This document shows, piece by piece, positions 16,217 to 24,940 of a stretch of DNA of 38,721 bases. Each line of letters begins with the position of its first letter. The first letter of the stretch is position 1. Under the pieces are notes generated by a model. The model searched no databases, had not been told where the DNA came from, and saw nothing but the letters and a program-made list of their open reading frames with translations. This stretch comes from a virus. Lineage: Duplodnaviria; Caudoviricetes. A program made the translations under genes and the position numbers. The DNA lies in the IMG/VR virus record IMGVR_UViG_3300031957_003826, positions 1-38,721 of that record; one strand, written 5' to 3'.

Positions 16217-17918
16217 CGATCTTCCTTATCCGCCACGCCTGGTTGCGCGGAAACACGACTTCGCGCTCGCCGGTTCCCAGAGACGCCTCCCTGGTGACAT
16301 CCAGCGCCGTATTACCACGTCTGGCCTTGATCACAAAGAACATGCCCGGCCCGCTGTCATCGTGGGAGAACCGGTCGGCAATGACGAAGTCCTTGGTGGA
16401 GCTGGTGAAGCCTGCGTCGCGAAATATCGACCCCTCCGAAAGGCCTTGCGCGGCCAGTGCGCGGGCTCCGTCACCATGGATGCCCCGGAATAGCGTCGTG
16501 TCCCCGGTGAGGGTGCCCTTGGCGATGGCGCTGTCGAGATCGGCCACGAACCGCTCGGTATCCGGGTCCAGCCAGTCCTCGTCGCGCAGACCGGTGTTCA
16601 TCGCCTCGTAGTGGTCGCCGGTATACGCATAGATCGCGTCCAGCTCGCCCGCCGTCAGCTCGGAACTCAGTTCGGTGTAGGAATAGCCGTGCGCGTCGCT
16701 CCAGCGGCCGGCGTTGTCCCTGGGCTGCCTCGGATTGTAGCCCTGCAGCGCGCTTTCCCCGTCCTGCCAGACGACCAGACCCGGCGCGAACCGCCCCGGA
16801 TCGCCCGCATGCCAGCGCCAGAAGCTGCCGCCCATGTCGACGACGCCCAATGCCGATCGATAGCGGCGCACCAGCATCGCGCGCCCGTCCTTGCCGGTCA
16901 CCCAGACCCAGCCGATCGTGTCAGGCGCGAACAGCGCCCAGGCCGCGACATTCAGGTCTTCTGCATCCCTGGTGCTGAGGCGGACGACGTTGCCGTCCGC
17001 GCCGCGGAACAGCCCGGCCGAGATCGCCAGCGGCCATCCGGCCGGATCGGTCCATATCCGGCCGGAGACGGCGGAAGCCTGGTCCGCCAGTCCGAACACC
17101 TGAAAGAACCTTCTGAGCGGCGCGTAAGACGCTTCTGAAAGGCTCGCCTGCAGTTCGCCGTCCTCGCCGCCGCGCGCCGTGCGCGGTGCGGGCGTCAGGC
17201 CGTCGAGCGGAGCCTTGCCGACGTTGTAGCTCCAGCCCGGATCGATGCCGCGTTCCAGCCGGGTCACCTCGCCGGTGCGCCGGTTGACGTAGTCCTTCTC
17301 CGGGAAACGCTGCGGCTCGTTGATCTCCCAGCCGCGCCGGTCGAGCATGCGCTGGTTGAGCGGCTGCGGTTCGCAGCGGCAGCCCCACCCGCACGGAGGA
17401 TAGTGCGTGTCCCACCACGGATGGTCGACCGGCAGCACGGTGCCGTGCCAGGCGTGGTGTTCGTCCCTCTCGCGCCCGTCCATCACCGAGACGTAGCGCA
17501 GGAAGGGCAGCGTCCGCTTGGCGCGCTGGATGCGCTGCCACTTGCCCGCCATGTAGCTGGTGCGCAGGTTCGTCTCGTAGATCGTGCGCAGCCGCGCCGG
17601 GCTGCCGAGCTGCACGACCCTGGTCTCGCCGGTGAGCGGGTCTTCCTGCAGCGCCTTGCCCCACCATCCGCGCGCGGCGAGCTTCGGGCGCAGCGCCTTG
17701 GTGAACTGCGCGAGCGTGGTGCCTTCGGACAGCGCCTTGTCGACCTCGGCGCGGATGTCCTCGAGGAGATCGCGGCTCATCGCCTTGGCGACGGTGAAGG
17801 CGCGGCCGTGCTCCTCCTGCCACACGTCGCGCCAGTCGAAGCCGATCTCCCAGCCCTTGGCGCGGAAGAATGCGATCGCCTCCACCGGATCGAGGCGCGG
17901 CAGCGGTTCGTCCGCCAT
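16176..17918 (-). CDS. MuF (gpF) head morphogenesis protein fused to a PBECR2-like domain and a C-terminal ADP-ribosyltransferase
   Basis: MuF: RAFTVAK, RLRTIYETNLRTSY, HPWWDTHYPPCGWGCRC, GIDPGWSYNVG. ART: YAYTG...MNTGLR, LFRG, GFTSST, EREVVFPR. Confidence 0.92.
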   Translation of the reverse strand: MADEPLPRLDPVEAIAFFRAKGWEIGFDWRDVWQEEHGRAFTVAKAMSRDLLEDIRAEVDKALSEGTTLAQFTKALRPKLAARGWWGKALQEDPLTGETRVVQLGSPARLRTIYETNLRTSYMAGKWQRIQRAKRTLPFLRYVSVMDGRERDEHHAWHGTVLPVDHPWWDTHYPPCGWGCRCEPQPLNQRMLDRRGWEINEPQRFPEKDYVNRRTGEVTRLERGIDPGWSYNVGKAPLDGLTPAPRTARGGEDGELQASLSEASYAPLRRFFQVFGLADQASAVSGRIWTDPAGWPLAISAGLFRGADGNVVRLSTRDAEDLNVAAWALFAPDTIGWVWVTGKDGRAMLVRRYRSALGVVDMGGSFWRWHAGDPGRFAPGLVVWQDGESALQGYNPRQPRDNAGRWSDAHGYSYTELSSELTAGELDAIYAYTGDHYEAMNTGLRDEDWLDPDTERFVADLDSAIAKGTLTGDTTLFRGIHGDGARALAAQGLSEGSIFRDAGFTSSTKDFVIADRFSHDDSGPGMFFVIKARRGNTALDVTREASLGTGEREVVFPRNQAWRIRKIDDTNGTVEIEPAD

Positions 17919-18472
17919 CAGACCTTCTCGGCACCGGAGACGACAACGGGCTTCACGCCCGCCGCGTCCGCCGCCAGCGCCGCCCCGGCCGCGTTCCCGA
18001 TCAGGACGCCGGGCATGAACCAGACCGCGCCGCGATAGCGCACGAAGTTTCCGCCGAGGTCATAGGGCTGGCGGAAGCCCGCGATCACGCCGATCGCCAG
18101 ATGGTGGCCGGTCTGGGTAAGGAGGCTGTCGATCGTGGCCTGCGCATTGCGCGAGTACCAGACCCGCCGCTCGACCTCGTCCGGCGCTGCGCCCTCGCAG
18201 GCATAGGCATGGAACACGGTGGCGTCGGCTCCGCTTCCGGCGAGATCGGCCGGAAGCATCAGCGGATCGATGGCGGTGCGATCGGCATTGCCCAGGTCCG
18301 AACCCGAAGCGACGATGAAGCCGCGCGGCGTCCCGTCCTCAGCGTGATCGAAGCGCGGGGCGTTGGCCGGTGCGGTCTGCAGCGCTCCGTTCGCATCGCG
18401 GTAGCTCGCCGCTTCGGAGCGGGAGAACGCGAAGGCGACGGAAAAGTCGTCCTGGTCAAGCACGGCTGCCAA
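17918..18472 (-). CDS. Head-spike/fibre-base-like structural protein
   Basis: FAFSRSEAASYRDANGALQTAPANAPRFDH...PRGFIV resembles a motif recurrent in phage fibre/spike proteins; TTG start; fills the portal-to-gpF gap. Confidence 0.55.
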   Translation of the reverse strand: MAAVLDQDDFSVAFAFSRSEAASYRDANGALQTAPANAPRFDHAEDGTPRGFIVASGSDLGNADRTAIDPLMLPADLAGSGADATVFHAYACEGAAPDEVERRVWYSRNAQATIDSLLTQTGHHLAIGVIAGFRQPYDLGGNFVRYRGAVWFMPGVLIGNAAGAALAADAAGVKPVVVSGAEKV

Positions 18473-18475
18473 GCG

Positions 18476-20155
18476 TCACGCTCCCGCCTGGTCGGGCGCG
18501 GCCAGCCCGGTCACCCGGGCGGCGAACAGCGCCCGCGCCAGATCCTCGGTGAAGGTACCCGGATCGGTCCCAGCCATCGCCTCGGCCAGGCGCGACTGCA
18601 GCTCGCCCAGCGTGGCGCAATCGTCGATCAGCGCACCGACCGGATCGAGCAACGGCTCCATCATCGCTTCCCAGTCGCCCAGCGCCTCGTCGGCGGTGAG
18701 CGCGATGGCATCGGGCTCGCGCCCGTCCCGCTGGGCACCGGTTTGCGATTGCAGGGTCGGAGTGTCGCCCCCGTCTTGCCCGCTGGGCGCTTTAAGAGGG
18801 TCTAAGAAGCCCTTCGGCGTCTTCCGGCCGGGGGCAGGCGCGTTCCGGTCGTCAGCGGCGTTCTCCGGCGAATTTTCGGCAGGTGCGGCTGCGGGTGTCT
18901 TCAGCGCGGTCTCGTCGCTCTTCGCGGCGGGCAGCCCGGCGCGCTCGCGCATCTCCTCGCCGTCGATCTTCACGCCCATGCCCGCCAGCTTGGCAGCGGT
19001 CTCGACGGTGAGCGCGATGTCTTCCGCCTCGGGCCGTCCGATCTTGAGGCGCGGGTACTTCTCGCGCGGGCCGCGATTGAGCATGACCAGCGGCACGACC
19101 AGGTCGCGGTTCAGCGTGGCGGCGAGCAGCTTGGCGTCCGCGCGCTCGATGATCTCGGCGACGCGGCTGTGGCTTTCGGCCTGGCCGGAGCCGAGCCCGC
19201 CCGCCGTCGCGTCGGACGTGCTGGTCTGGCCGAGCACCGCCTTGGACAGCTGCAGGTCGATGTATTCGGCGTGGCTCTTCCACAGGTCGTTGGGCGCGGT
19301 GCCCGCCTTGCGGTCGACGAAGTCCACGCTCATCGTCTCCGGGAACGCGGCGGCGGCATCGCTGCCCAATTCCCAAAGCGCGCGGTAGAGGATCGCCTTG
19401 TTCTCTTCGCTTTCGTTCGGCCCGTACTTGCCGATGCGCAGGGGCTGGCCGTAGCGCTCCAGGAAGGTCACCCAGTCCTTGATCGCGAAGTTCTTGAACA
19501 TGTAGCCCCAGGCGGCGATCCGGGCGAGACCGCCGCGCACCGGCAGGCCGGACTTGCTGGGGTGGAAGTGGACGATGAACTTGCCACCCGGCAGCGGCGT
19601 CGGCGTGCCGATGCCGTGTTCACCGCCGCGCAGCAGCAGCTCCTCCCCGGTGTCCTGGTCGAACTCGAACCAGCGCGGGTCGCGCCACTTGAGCGCATAG
19701 GGCAGCCACGAGGTCGCGGTCATGCGCCAGAGCATCTCCGTAGCCGACACGCCCTTGCCGATCGCATCGAGGATGTCGAACAGCTCGGTCTCCAGCATGT
19801 CGCGGTCGAGCCAGCTCTCGGCGAACTTCGCATCGTCGATCGACTGGGCATCCTGCCCGGCCGGTTCCACCTCGATCGGCAGCTGCGCCACGGCCAGCTT
19901 GCGGGTGCGCAGCAGCGAAAGGTAATGGAGGTCCTTCTCCTCCATCTCCTCGGCCAGCTCGTAGTAGGCGACCGCGTCGCCCTGCTCGGCCGAGAGCAGC
20001 AGCCGCGCCAGGCGCTCGGGGCTCAGGCCCTGCGCCGGGTGGCCGGAGTGGATCGTGCGGATCGATGCGCGAGAGGGCCGGGCGATCTCCTCGGCCAGCT
20101 GCGCGCGCACGAACGGGCGTCCATCGGGCAGCACGAGAGCGGGCGGCTTAGCCAT
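18476..20155 (-). CDS. Portal protein (Mu gp29/H, DUF935)
   Basis: GLSPERLARLL, EEMEEKDLHY, DILDAIGKG, DWVTFLERYGQPLRIGKY, SKAVLGQT. Confidence 0.96.
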   Translation of the reverse strand: MAKPPALVLPDGRPFVRAQLAEEIARPSRASIRTIHSGHPAQGLSPERLARLLLSAEQGDAVAYYELAEEMEEKDLHYLSLLRTRKLAVAQLPIEVEPAGQDAQSIDDAKFAESWLDRDMLETELFDILDAIGKGVSATEMLWRMTATSWLPYALKWRDPRWFEFDQDTGEELLLRGGEHGIGTPTPLPGGKFIVHFHPSKSGLPVRGGLARIAAWGYMFKNFAIKDWVTFLERYGQPLRIGKYGPNESEENKAILYRALWELGSDAAAAFPETMSVDFVDRKAGTAPNDLWKSHAEYIDLQLSKAVLGQTSTSDATAGGLGSGQAESHSRVAEIIERADAKLLAATLNRDLVVPLVMLNRGPREKYPRLKIGRPEAEDIALTVETAAKLAGMGVKIDGEEMRERAGLPAAKSDETALKTPAAAPAENSPENAADDRNAPAPGRKTPKGFLDPLKAPSGQDGGDTPTLQSQTGAQRDGREPDAIALTADEALGDWEAMMEPLLDPVGALIDDCATLGELQSRLAEAMAGTDPGTFTEDLARALFAARVTGLAAPDQAGA

Positions 20156-20330
20156 GGAGCAGCGCCTCCCCGCCCGCCGCGTTCGCGGCCCACAGGAACG
20201 CCGTCTCGAACTGGGTGCGCGCCACCGCGAGCTGGCGCTGGTCGGTGCAGCGCTCGGCCTTCAGCGCATCGAGCATCGCCTGCACCGCGACCAGCGCCGC
20301 CCCGACCTGTTGCTGAATTCCCATCGTCAC
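20148..20330 (-). CDS. Small helical-hairpin protein, Acb2/Tad1-like
   Basis: 60 aa; DQRQLAVARTQFETAFLWAANA; overlaps both neighbouring genes. Confidence 0.6.
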   Translation of the reverse strand: MTMGIQQQVGAALVAVQAMLDALKAERCTDQRQLAVARTQFETAFLWAANAAGGEALLHG

Positions 20331-20533
20331 TTTCCCCCGAGAAAATCGCCGGGCGAGACGCCGTTCACTTCGCGCCGACCAGCCCGCATCAGCACCAGTG
20401 CTTGCGCCTGGTGGATTGCCCGCTCGAACTCGATGCCGTCGGCCTTGTGCTCGACCGGCAACTCACAGAAGCGGTTCCATGCTTCTGCCAGTTGGAGGAC
20501 GATCGCCCTCTCGGCGGCGGTGACGGACCCCAT
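20327..20533 (-). CDS. Small hypothetical helical protein
   Basis: TGATG coupling to the terminase stop; LAEAWNRFCELPVEHKADGIEFERAIHQAQALVLMR. Confidence 0.7.
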   Translation of the reverse strand: MGSVTAAERAIVLQLAEAWNRFCELPVEHKADGIEFERAIHQAQALVLMRAGRREVNGVSPGDFLGGK

Positions 20534-22104
20534 CACCACGCGCCGCGATGGCGGCCGAACCGGCTCTCGCCGTGGCCGCGAACATCCGCCGGATTGAAGT
20601 AGCCCGGCTGCCCGCGCTTCAGCCCTCGCGGCGCTCCGCTGTTGCCGATGCCGCGATATTCGTAGAGCGCGCCGCCGTACTCGCGCGCCTGGCAGGCCAG
20701 CGCGTAGGCCCAGAACTCGTCAGCGTGGATGTCGCCGTCGTTGACGATGCGCACCGTGCCCGCCTGCTCGCTGCCCATCTTCTTGATGGCCATCAGGTCG
20801 GCGCGCGTGCGGGGATGGTGGCGGATGCGGATTTTCCGCTCCTGGAACACCTTCTTCAGCCCGAGAGCCAGGTTGACGCGTTCCGGCCCGGTCAGCAGCA
20901 CGCCGACCACGCGGGTCGCGCCGTGCGCGCGAATCTGGTCCTCGACCACCTTCTCGCCCATGCCGGTTTGGTCGAGCCGCCATTGCACCATGCGCCAGTT
21001 GAGGAAGCTGGCGTCCATGAAGGCATCCTGGTGCGCGAAGGTCTGCCCGATCTCGCGGTATCCGTCGCGCTCCCACAGCACGTCGCCCAGCAGCTCCATG
21101 ATGATCTGGATTTGCCCGTCGTGCCGCCGGGCCACGTCGCGCCCGCCGTAGCACAGGCCCCCGGTGTAGAGTTCCGGCTTGCCGCAATCCTCGTGCTCGC
21201 AGGCGATGATGTCTTCCAGATTGATGAGCGCGCCCGCACCCAGCTTGGGAATGCAGTCCAGCTCCTCGCCCGCGTCGTCGCCGTAGGCGGCGCGGATATC
21301 CGCTTCCCACTCATCCTTCGGGGCGAGTTCGGTGCCCTTGGTCTTCGCGACCAGCGACACCCGCTCGTAAAGTCCGGCCTCCATCGCATCGCGGAAGGTG
21401 ATCTTCAGCACCGTTCCCTTGCGCTTGCCCTCGATCCCGGCGTTGCCCGCGCGGATTTCCTCGATCAGCACGTTGAACGCGTTGGAGACGCCGTCGTGCG
21501 TGGAGATGACCACGACCTGGCCTCCCCAGATCAGCAGCGCCATGGCCGACTTGATCACTTCGTCGACGTTGCTGTGGAACGCCGCCTCGTCGATAATGAC
21601 CACGCCCTGCTTGCCGCGCAACGCGCGCGGGACGCTGGGCAGCGCCGTGACACGGAAGCCCGAGGCAAAGCGGATCGAGAACGCCTTGACCCCCTGTTCC
21701 CTGCCGTTCTCGTCGACGTAGAGGACTTCCTCTTCCTCAAGCTCGCCGGCGACCAGGCCGAACGCGCGCGCCCACATGGCCGTGACCTCGATAAATTCGA
21801 GGGTCATGTCCTTGTCGTAGCCCATGTACCAGACGTTCGAGCCGCCCGCCGCGTTCGAGCTGGCGGCCTTCAGCGCCGCGAAGCTGGCCACGCCCCAGGT
21901 GAGGCCGATGCGGCGGCTCTTCTCGATGACGAGCAGCGCGGTACCGGCAAACAGCAGGTCTACCGTCTTCTGCTGGTAGCCGAGCAGAAGGTCGCCCTTG
22001 GGCAGCCGCATGATCGCCGCCTCGGCCGCCATGCGGTCGCCGTGGATTTCACGGGCGCGGATATCGGCAGCGCGCTTCGCCTGGTCTTCGGGGGAAAGCC
22101 TCAC
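20533..22104 (-). CDS. Terminase large subunit (Mu gp28)
   Basis: GTG at 22104; LLGYQQ, IEKSRRIGLTW (Walker A), RGKQGVVIIDEAAFH (Walker B), ISTHDG, GRDVARRHD, DQTGMGE, HADEFWAYALA. Confidence 0.96.
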   Translation of the reverse strand: MRLSPEDQAKRAADIRAREIHGDRMAAEAAIMRLPKGDLLLGYQQKTVDLLFAGTALLVIEKSRRIGLTWGVASFAALKAASSNAAGGSNVWYMGYDKDMTLEFIEVTAMWARAFGLVAGELEEEEVLYVDENGREQGVKAFSIRFASGFRVTALPSVPRALRGKQGVVIIDEAAFHSNVDEVIKSAMALLIWGGQVVVISTHDGVSNAFNVLIEEIRAGNAGIEGKRKGTVLKITFRDAMEAGLYERVSLVAKTKGTELAPKDEWEADIRAAYGDDAGEELDCIPKLGAGALINLEDIIACEHEDCGKPELYTGGLCYGGRDVARRHDGQIQIIMELLGDVLWERDGYREIGQTFAHQDAFMDASFLNWRMVQWRLDQTGMGEKVVEDQIRAHGATRVVGVLLTGPERVNLALGLKKVFQERKIRIRHHPRTRADLMAIKKMGSEQAGTVRIVNDGDIHADEFWAYALACQAREYGGALYEYRGIGNSGAPRGLKRGQPGYFNPADVRGHGESRFGRHRGAW

Positions 22105-22298
22105 TCGCCGTCGTCCCCATCGGAATCGGCGACGGTACTGCCTTGGAAAAATGCGAACTCGTCTATGATGATCCAGCCCTGCCTTCCGCCGATGCCGCCG
22201 ATGCACTCTGCCGGGACCCAGCCATCCTCCACCGCCGATTTCGGCGCATGGCAGTGTCGGCATTCCCGAGTGGACAGATCCCATTCGTGGTTCCGCAT
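22101..22298 (-). CDS. Small Cys/His protein with a terminase Walker-B-like motif
   Basis: HEW...CRHC...C then GRQGWIIIDEFAF; coupled to terS (TGATG) and terL (GTGA). Confidence 0.7.
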   Translation of the reverse strand: MRNHEWDLSTRECRHCHAPKSAVEDGWVPAECIGGIGGRQGWIIIDEFAFFQGSTVADSDGDDGE

Positions 22299-22888
22299 CA
22301 CTGATCACTCCCCAGCACCGCGAACCGGATCGCATCGACCGTGTCGCGGCTCAGCCCCTTCTGCCGCGCCGCCGTCGTCGCCTTCTCGGCCGCTTCGCTC
22401 GTGGCCTTCGCGGCGGCGCGGGCCTCGGCCTTCTCGATCACGTCGAGATCGGTCTTGCGGGTCAGCGCTATCGAGCGCAGCGCGTCGGCGAAGTCCTTGG
22501 CGTCCTTCGGCCCGAGCTGGATGCCTTCGCCATCCTTGCTCGCCAGCATCAGCCGGAACATGTTCGCCTGCAGCAGCTGCATGTTCACGTCGAGCAGCTG
22601 GCTCTGGTTGCTCTCGCCGTGTTCCTTGGCCAGCGCCTCGGCATAGACCTGCGTCTCGCGCAGGTCCGCGCTCACGTCTTCCAGCGTGCGCACGTGCCGC
22701 CCCAGCGCCGAGCGGCTGACATGCCCCTGGCCCAGCTTCTGCAGCTGCTGCAGGATTTCGTCGATCGTCCAGCCGTGATCGAGCCGCAGCTTCGCGATCG
22801 TCTCGCGCACTTCGGCGTCGAGCCGGTCGATCGTCGACGGCCGGTTCTTCTTCCGGCGCGCTTTTGCCTGGGCGGGAGTGAGCGCCAT
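22298..22888 (-). CDS. Terminase small subunit (Mu gp27 / DUF3486)
   Basis: RPSTIDRLD...TIDEI...VSRSALGRH...GLSRDTVDAIRFAVLG. Confidence 0.9.
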   Translation of the reverse strand: MALTPAQAKARRKKNRPSTIDRLDAEVRETIAKLRLDHGWTIDEILQQLQKLGQGHVSRSALGRHVRTLEDVSADLRETQVYAEALAKEHGESNQSQLLDVNMQLLQANMFRLMLASKDGEGIQLGPKDAKDFADALRSIALTRKTDLDVIEKAEARAAAKATSEAAEKATTAARQKGLSRDTVDAIRFAVLGSDQ

Positions 22889-22892
22889 CGGC

Positions 22893-23204
22893 TTACCCGC
22901 GCGGGCTCGGCCGCTGGACGCCGGGAATGACCGAGCGCCCGTTGGCCACGTCGCTGCCGCGTTCGGTCAGCGTCGCGACGACCAGCGCCGTGGCGACTGC
23001 CTGGCACGTCACCAGCCGCTGCTCTTCCAGCCAGGTCAGGTGGCCGCGCAGCTGGTCGCGCGAGCACGCGAGGCCCATCGCGTTCACCGCCTGGTGCATG
23101 ATCGAATCGTTCGCGCAGTAGCTCGGCTGAGCGTCGAGCAGCCGCAGCATGGTCAGCCGCACATGCCCGTCGTGCACGGGCGCGAAATCCGCAGCGAGGC
23201 TCAT
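22893..23204 (-). CDS. Mu gp26-like winged-helix protein
   Basis: RLTMLRLL...ANDSI...SRDQLRGHLTWLEEQRLV...ATLTERGSDVANGR...PGVQRPSP. Confidence 0.88.
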   Translation of the reverse strand: MSLAADFAPVHDGHVRLTMLRLLDAQPSYCANDSIMHQAVNAMGLACSRDQLRGHLTWLEEQRLVTCQAVATALVVATLTERGSDVANGRSVIPGVQRPSPRG

Positions 23205-23593
23205 TTGCTCATCCCCCTTTGCACAATGAAGTCGTAGAGCCGGTCCAGCTGCTTGCCGCGCTGGTCTCCGGCTTCCTTTGTCGCGGCCTGCACCTCGGCC
23301 AGCTTGCCCATCTGGATCGCGGCTTCCGCCATGCGCTTGCTCTGTTCGGCCAGCTGCCGCTCCAGCCGCTCGATGTCGCTGGCCTTCGCCGAGCGGCGCT
23401 CGATGTCCTCGACCTGCTTCTCGATCGTGCCGACCTGCGAGGCGACCGAGGAGACCTTGCCCTCAAGTCGGCCCAGCCGCTTGCCGAGCGTGCCCGTGCC
23501 TTCGGGATTGGCCTGCCCGCCCTTCCAGATCGCAAGGACGATCCCGGTCATGATGAGGATGATGAGGGCCGGTTCCAGCCAGGTCGTGGTCAC
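23201..23593 (-). CDS. gp25-like protein (N-terminal TM plus coiled coil)
   Basis: GTG at 23593; hydrophobic N-terminus followed by heptad repeats; position before gp26. Confidence 0.7.
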   Translation of the reverse strand: MTTTWLEPALIILIMTGIVLAIWKGGQANPEGTGTLGKRLGRLEGKVSSVASQVGTIEKQVEDIERRSAKASDIERLERQLAEQSKRMAEAAIQMGKLAEVQAATKEAGDQRGKQLDRLYDFIVQRGMSK

Positions 23594-24018
23594 TCGGAAG
23601 CTCCGGAGTTGCGGGTGAGAAGGCGGCGCAGCAGGTCTTTCACCTGATCTCCCGCCAGCTCGATCAGGGTGTAGCCGGAGAAGCCCGCGCCGATCGCCAT
23701 GACGAAGGCGAACAGCGCCCCCGGCCGCGATTCGACGATCCACAGCTCCACCGCGATCAGCAGGATCGCCGAGACGAGCAGGAACGCGGGCAGCCCCAGC
23801 GTGCTTTCCTGCCGCCGCACCAGCGGGCGCGCCATCACGACGCCGAGCAGGCCGAGCACGCAAGTGACCGGCGGCACGACGACGCCGCCCAGGTCGAGCG
23901 CGAAGGCATCGGCAAGGCGCGGCGCGGGATCGACCGCCGCCGCGACCGCCAGCGCCGGAACCCAGCCCGAGAGGAACTTGCCGAAGGAGAGGCCGGTCAT
24001 GCTCACGATCAGGTCCAT
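23590..24018 (-). CDS. Putative holin (3-4 TM)
   Basis: Multiple hydrophobic helices and a basic C-terminus; in the lysis region. Start uncertain (24018, 24006 or 24000). Confidence 0.6.
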   Translation of the reverse strand: MDLIVSMTGLSFGKFLSGWVPALAVAAAVDPAPRLADAFALDLGGVVVPPVTCVLGLLGVVMARPLVRRQESTLGLPAFLLVSAILLIAVELWIVESRPGALFAFVMAIGAGFSGYTLIELAGDQVKDLLRRLLTRNSGASE

Positions 24019-24938
24019 CCGTACCGCTGGACCTGCCGCGCGAAGTCTTCGGCGAGCACGGCGTCGGGATCGCGCCCGGAGACCGCGAGCGCTTCGAGAT
24101 AGCAGCCGAGCAGCTTGTAATTGGTGCCAGCCTGCTGATTGGCGGTGAGCACGGCGCTGTTGATACCGGCGGGGATGCCGATGCGTGGCACTTTGGCCGA
24201 AAAGTCGCCGGTGTTCGGAACGTCCGGAGCACCCGCTGAAATATTCGGCGCGTTGCCGTCGATCAGGTCCTGGATCGACCAGACCTTCATGCGGGCGGCG
24301 GTTGCGGTGCGGCTGTAGCTTACCTGGCAGATTCGACCGTAGCAGTTGGCCTTCGGGATGACGTTGCCATTGTGAAAATCCCCCGCCCCGTTCCTCTGGC
24401 GTGCGAAGCTGATGTAGACGTTGCCGCCGGTGTAGAGCGTGCGGATCGTCATCAGATCGGGTGTGGTGGTGTAGGCGCCGCCGGTCGCGGTAGTGAACCA
24501 GCCCGAACCGTTCCCGGCCTGCATGTCGACGAGGCTGGGGAAGACGACGTAGAACCACAACACGAACTTCTGCTCAGGGTCGGCCCAGATCGGCGCGAGC
24601 GAGTCCGCAGGAAAAGCGATTGCGTTGCCCGCCTTCGTGCAGCCGCTGAAATCGAAGCCTCCGGTCGCATCGTCCCAGCCGATGGCGTCACCCGCTGCGA
24701 CCGAGACGCTGAAGTTTCCCTTCTCGGGCAGGTTCTGGATGACGGCACCATTGGCGGGCGCGGCGGGATCGGGCCGCCCAACGTACGGACCGCCCGGATA
24801 GCACCACGGTTCGCGCAGCATGAAGGCGGCGGGAATGCCGCCGTTGGCGGGTTCCAGCAGGGCTCTGTCGCGATATGCCTTGCGGGTCGGGGCGGCGAGC
24901 ACCTGCGGCAGGCGGGCGATGCGGCGGACAAATGCCAT
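24009..24938 (-). CDS. Hypothetical beta-rich (possibly lectin-like) protein paired with the SGNH hydrolase
   Basis: 309 aa, Gly/Asn/Thr/aromatic rich; starts 2 nt after the SGNH gene stop. Confidence 0.65.
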   Translation of the reverse strand: MAFVRRIARLPQVLAAPTRKAYRDRALLEPANGGIPAAFMLREPWCYPGGPYVGRPDPAAPANGAVIQNLPEKGNFSVSVAAGDAIGWDDATGGFDFSGCTKAGNAIAFPADSLAPIWADPEQKFVLWFYVVFPSLVDMQAGNGSGWFTTATGGAYTTTPDLMTIRTLYTGGNVYISFARQRNGAGDFHNGNVIPKANCYGRICQVSYSRTATAARMKVWSIQDLIDGNAPNISAGAPDVPNTGDFSAKVPRIGIPAGINSAVLTANQQAGTNYKLLGCYLEALAVSGRDPDAVLAEDFARQVQRYGWT

Positions 24939-24940
24939 CG

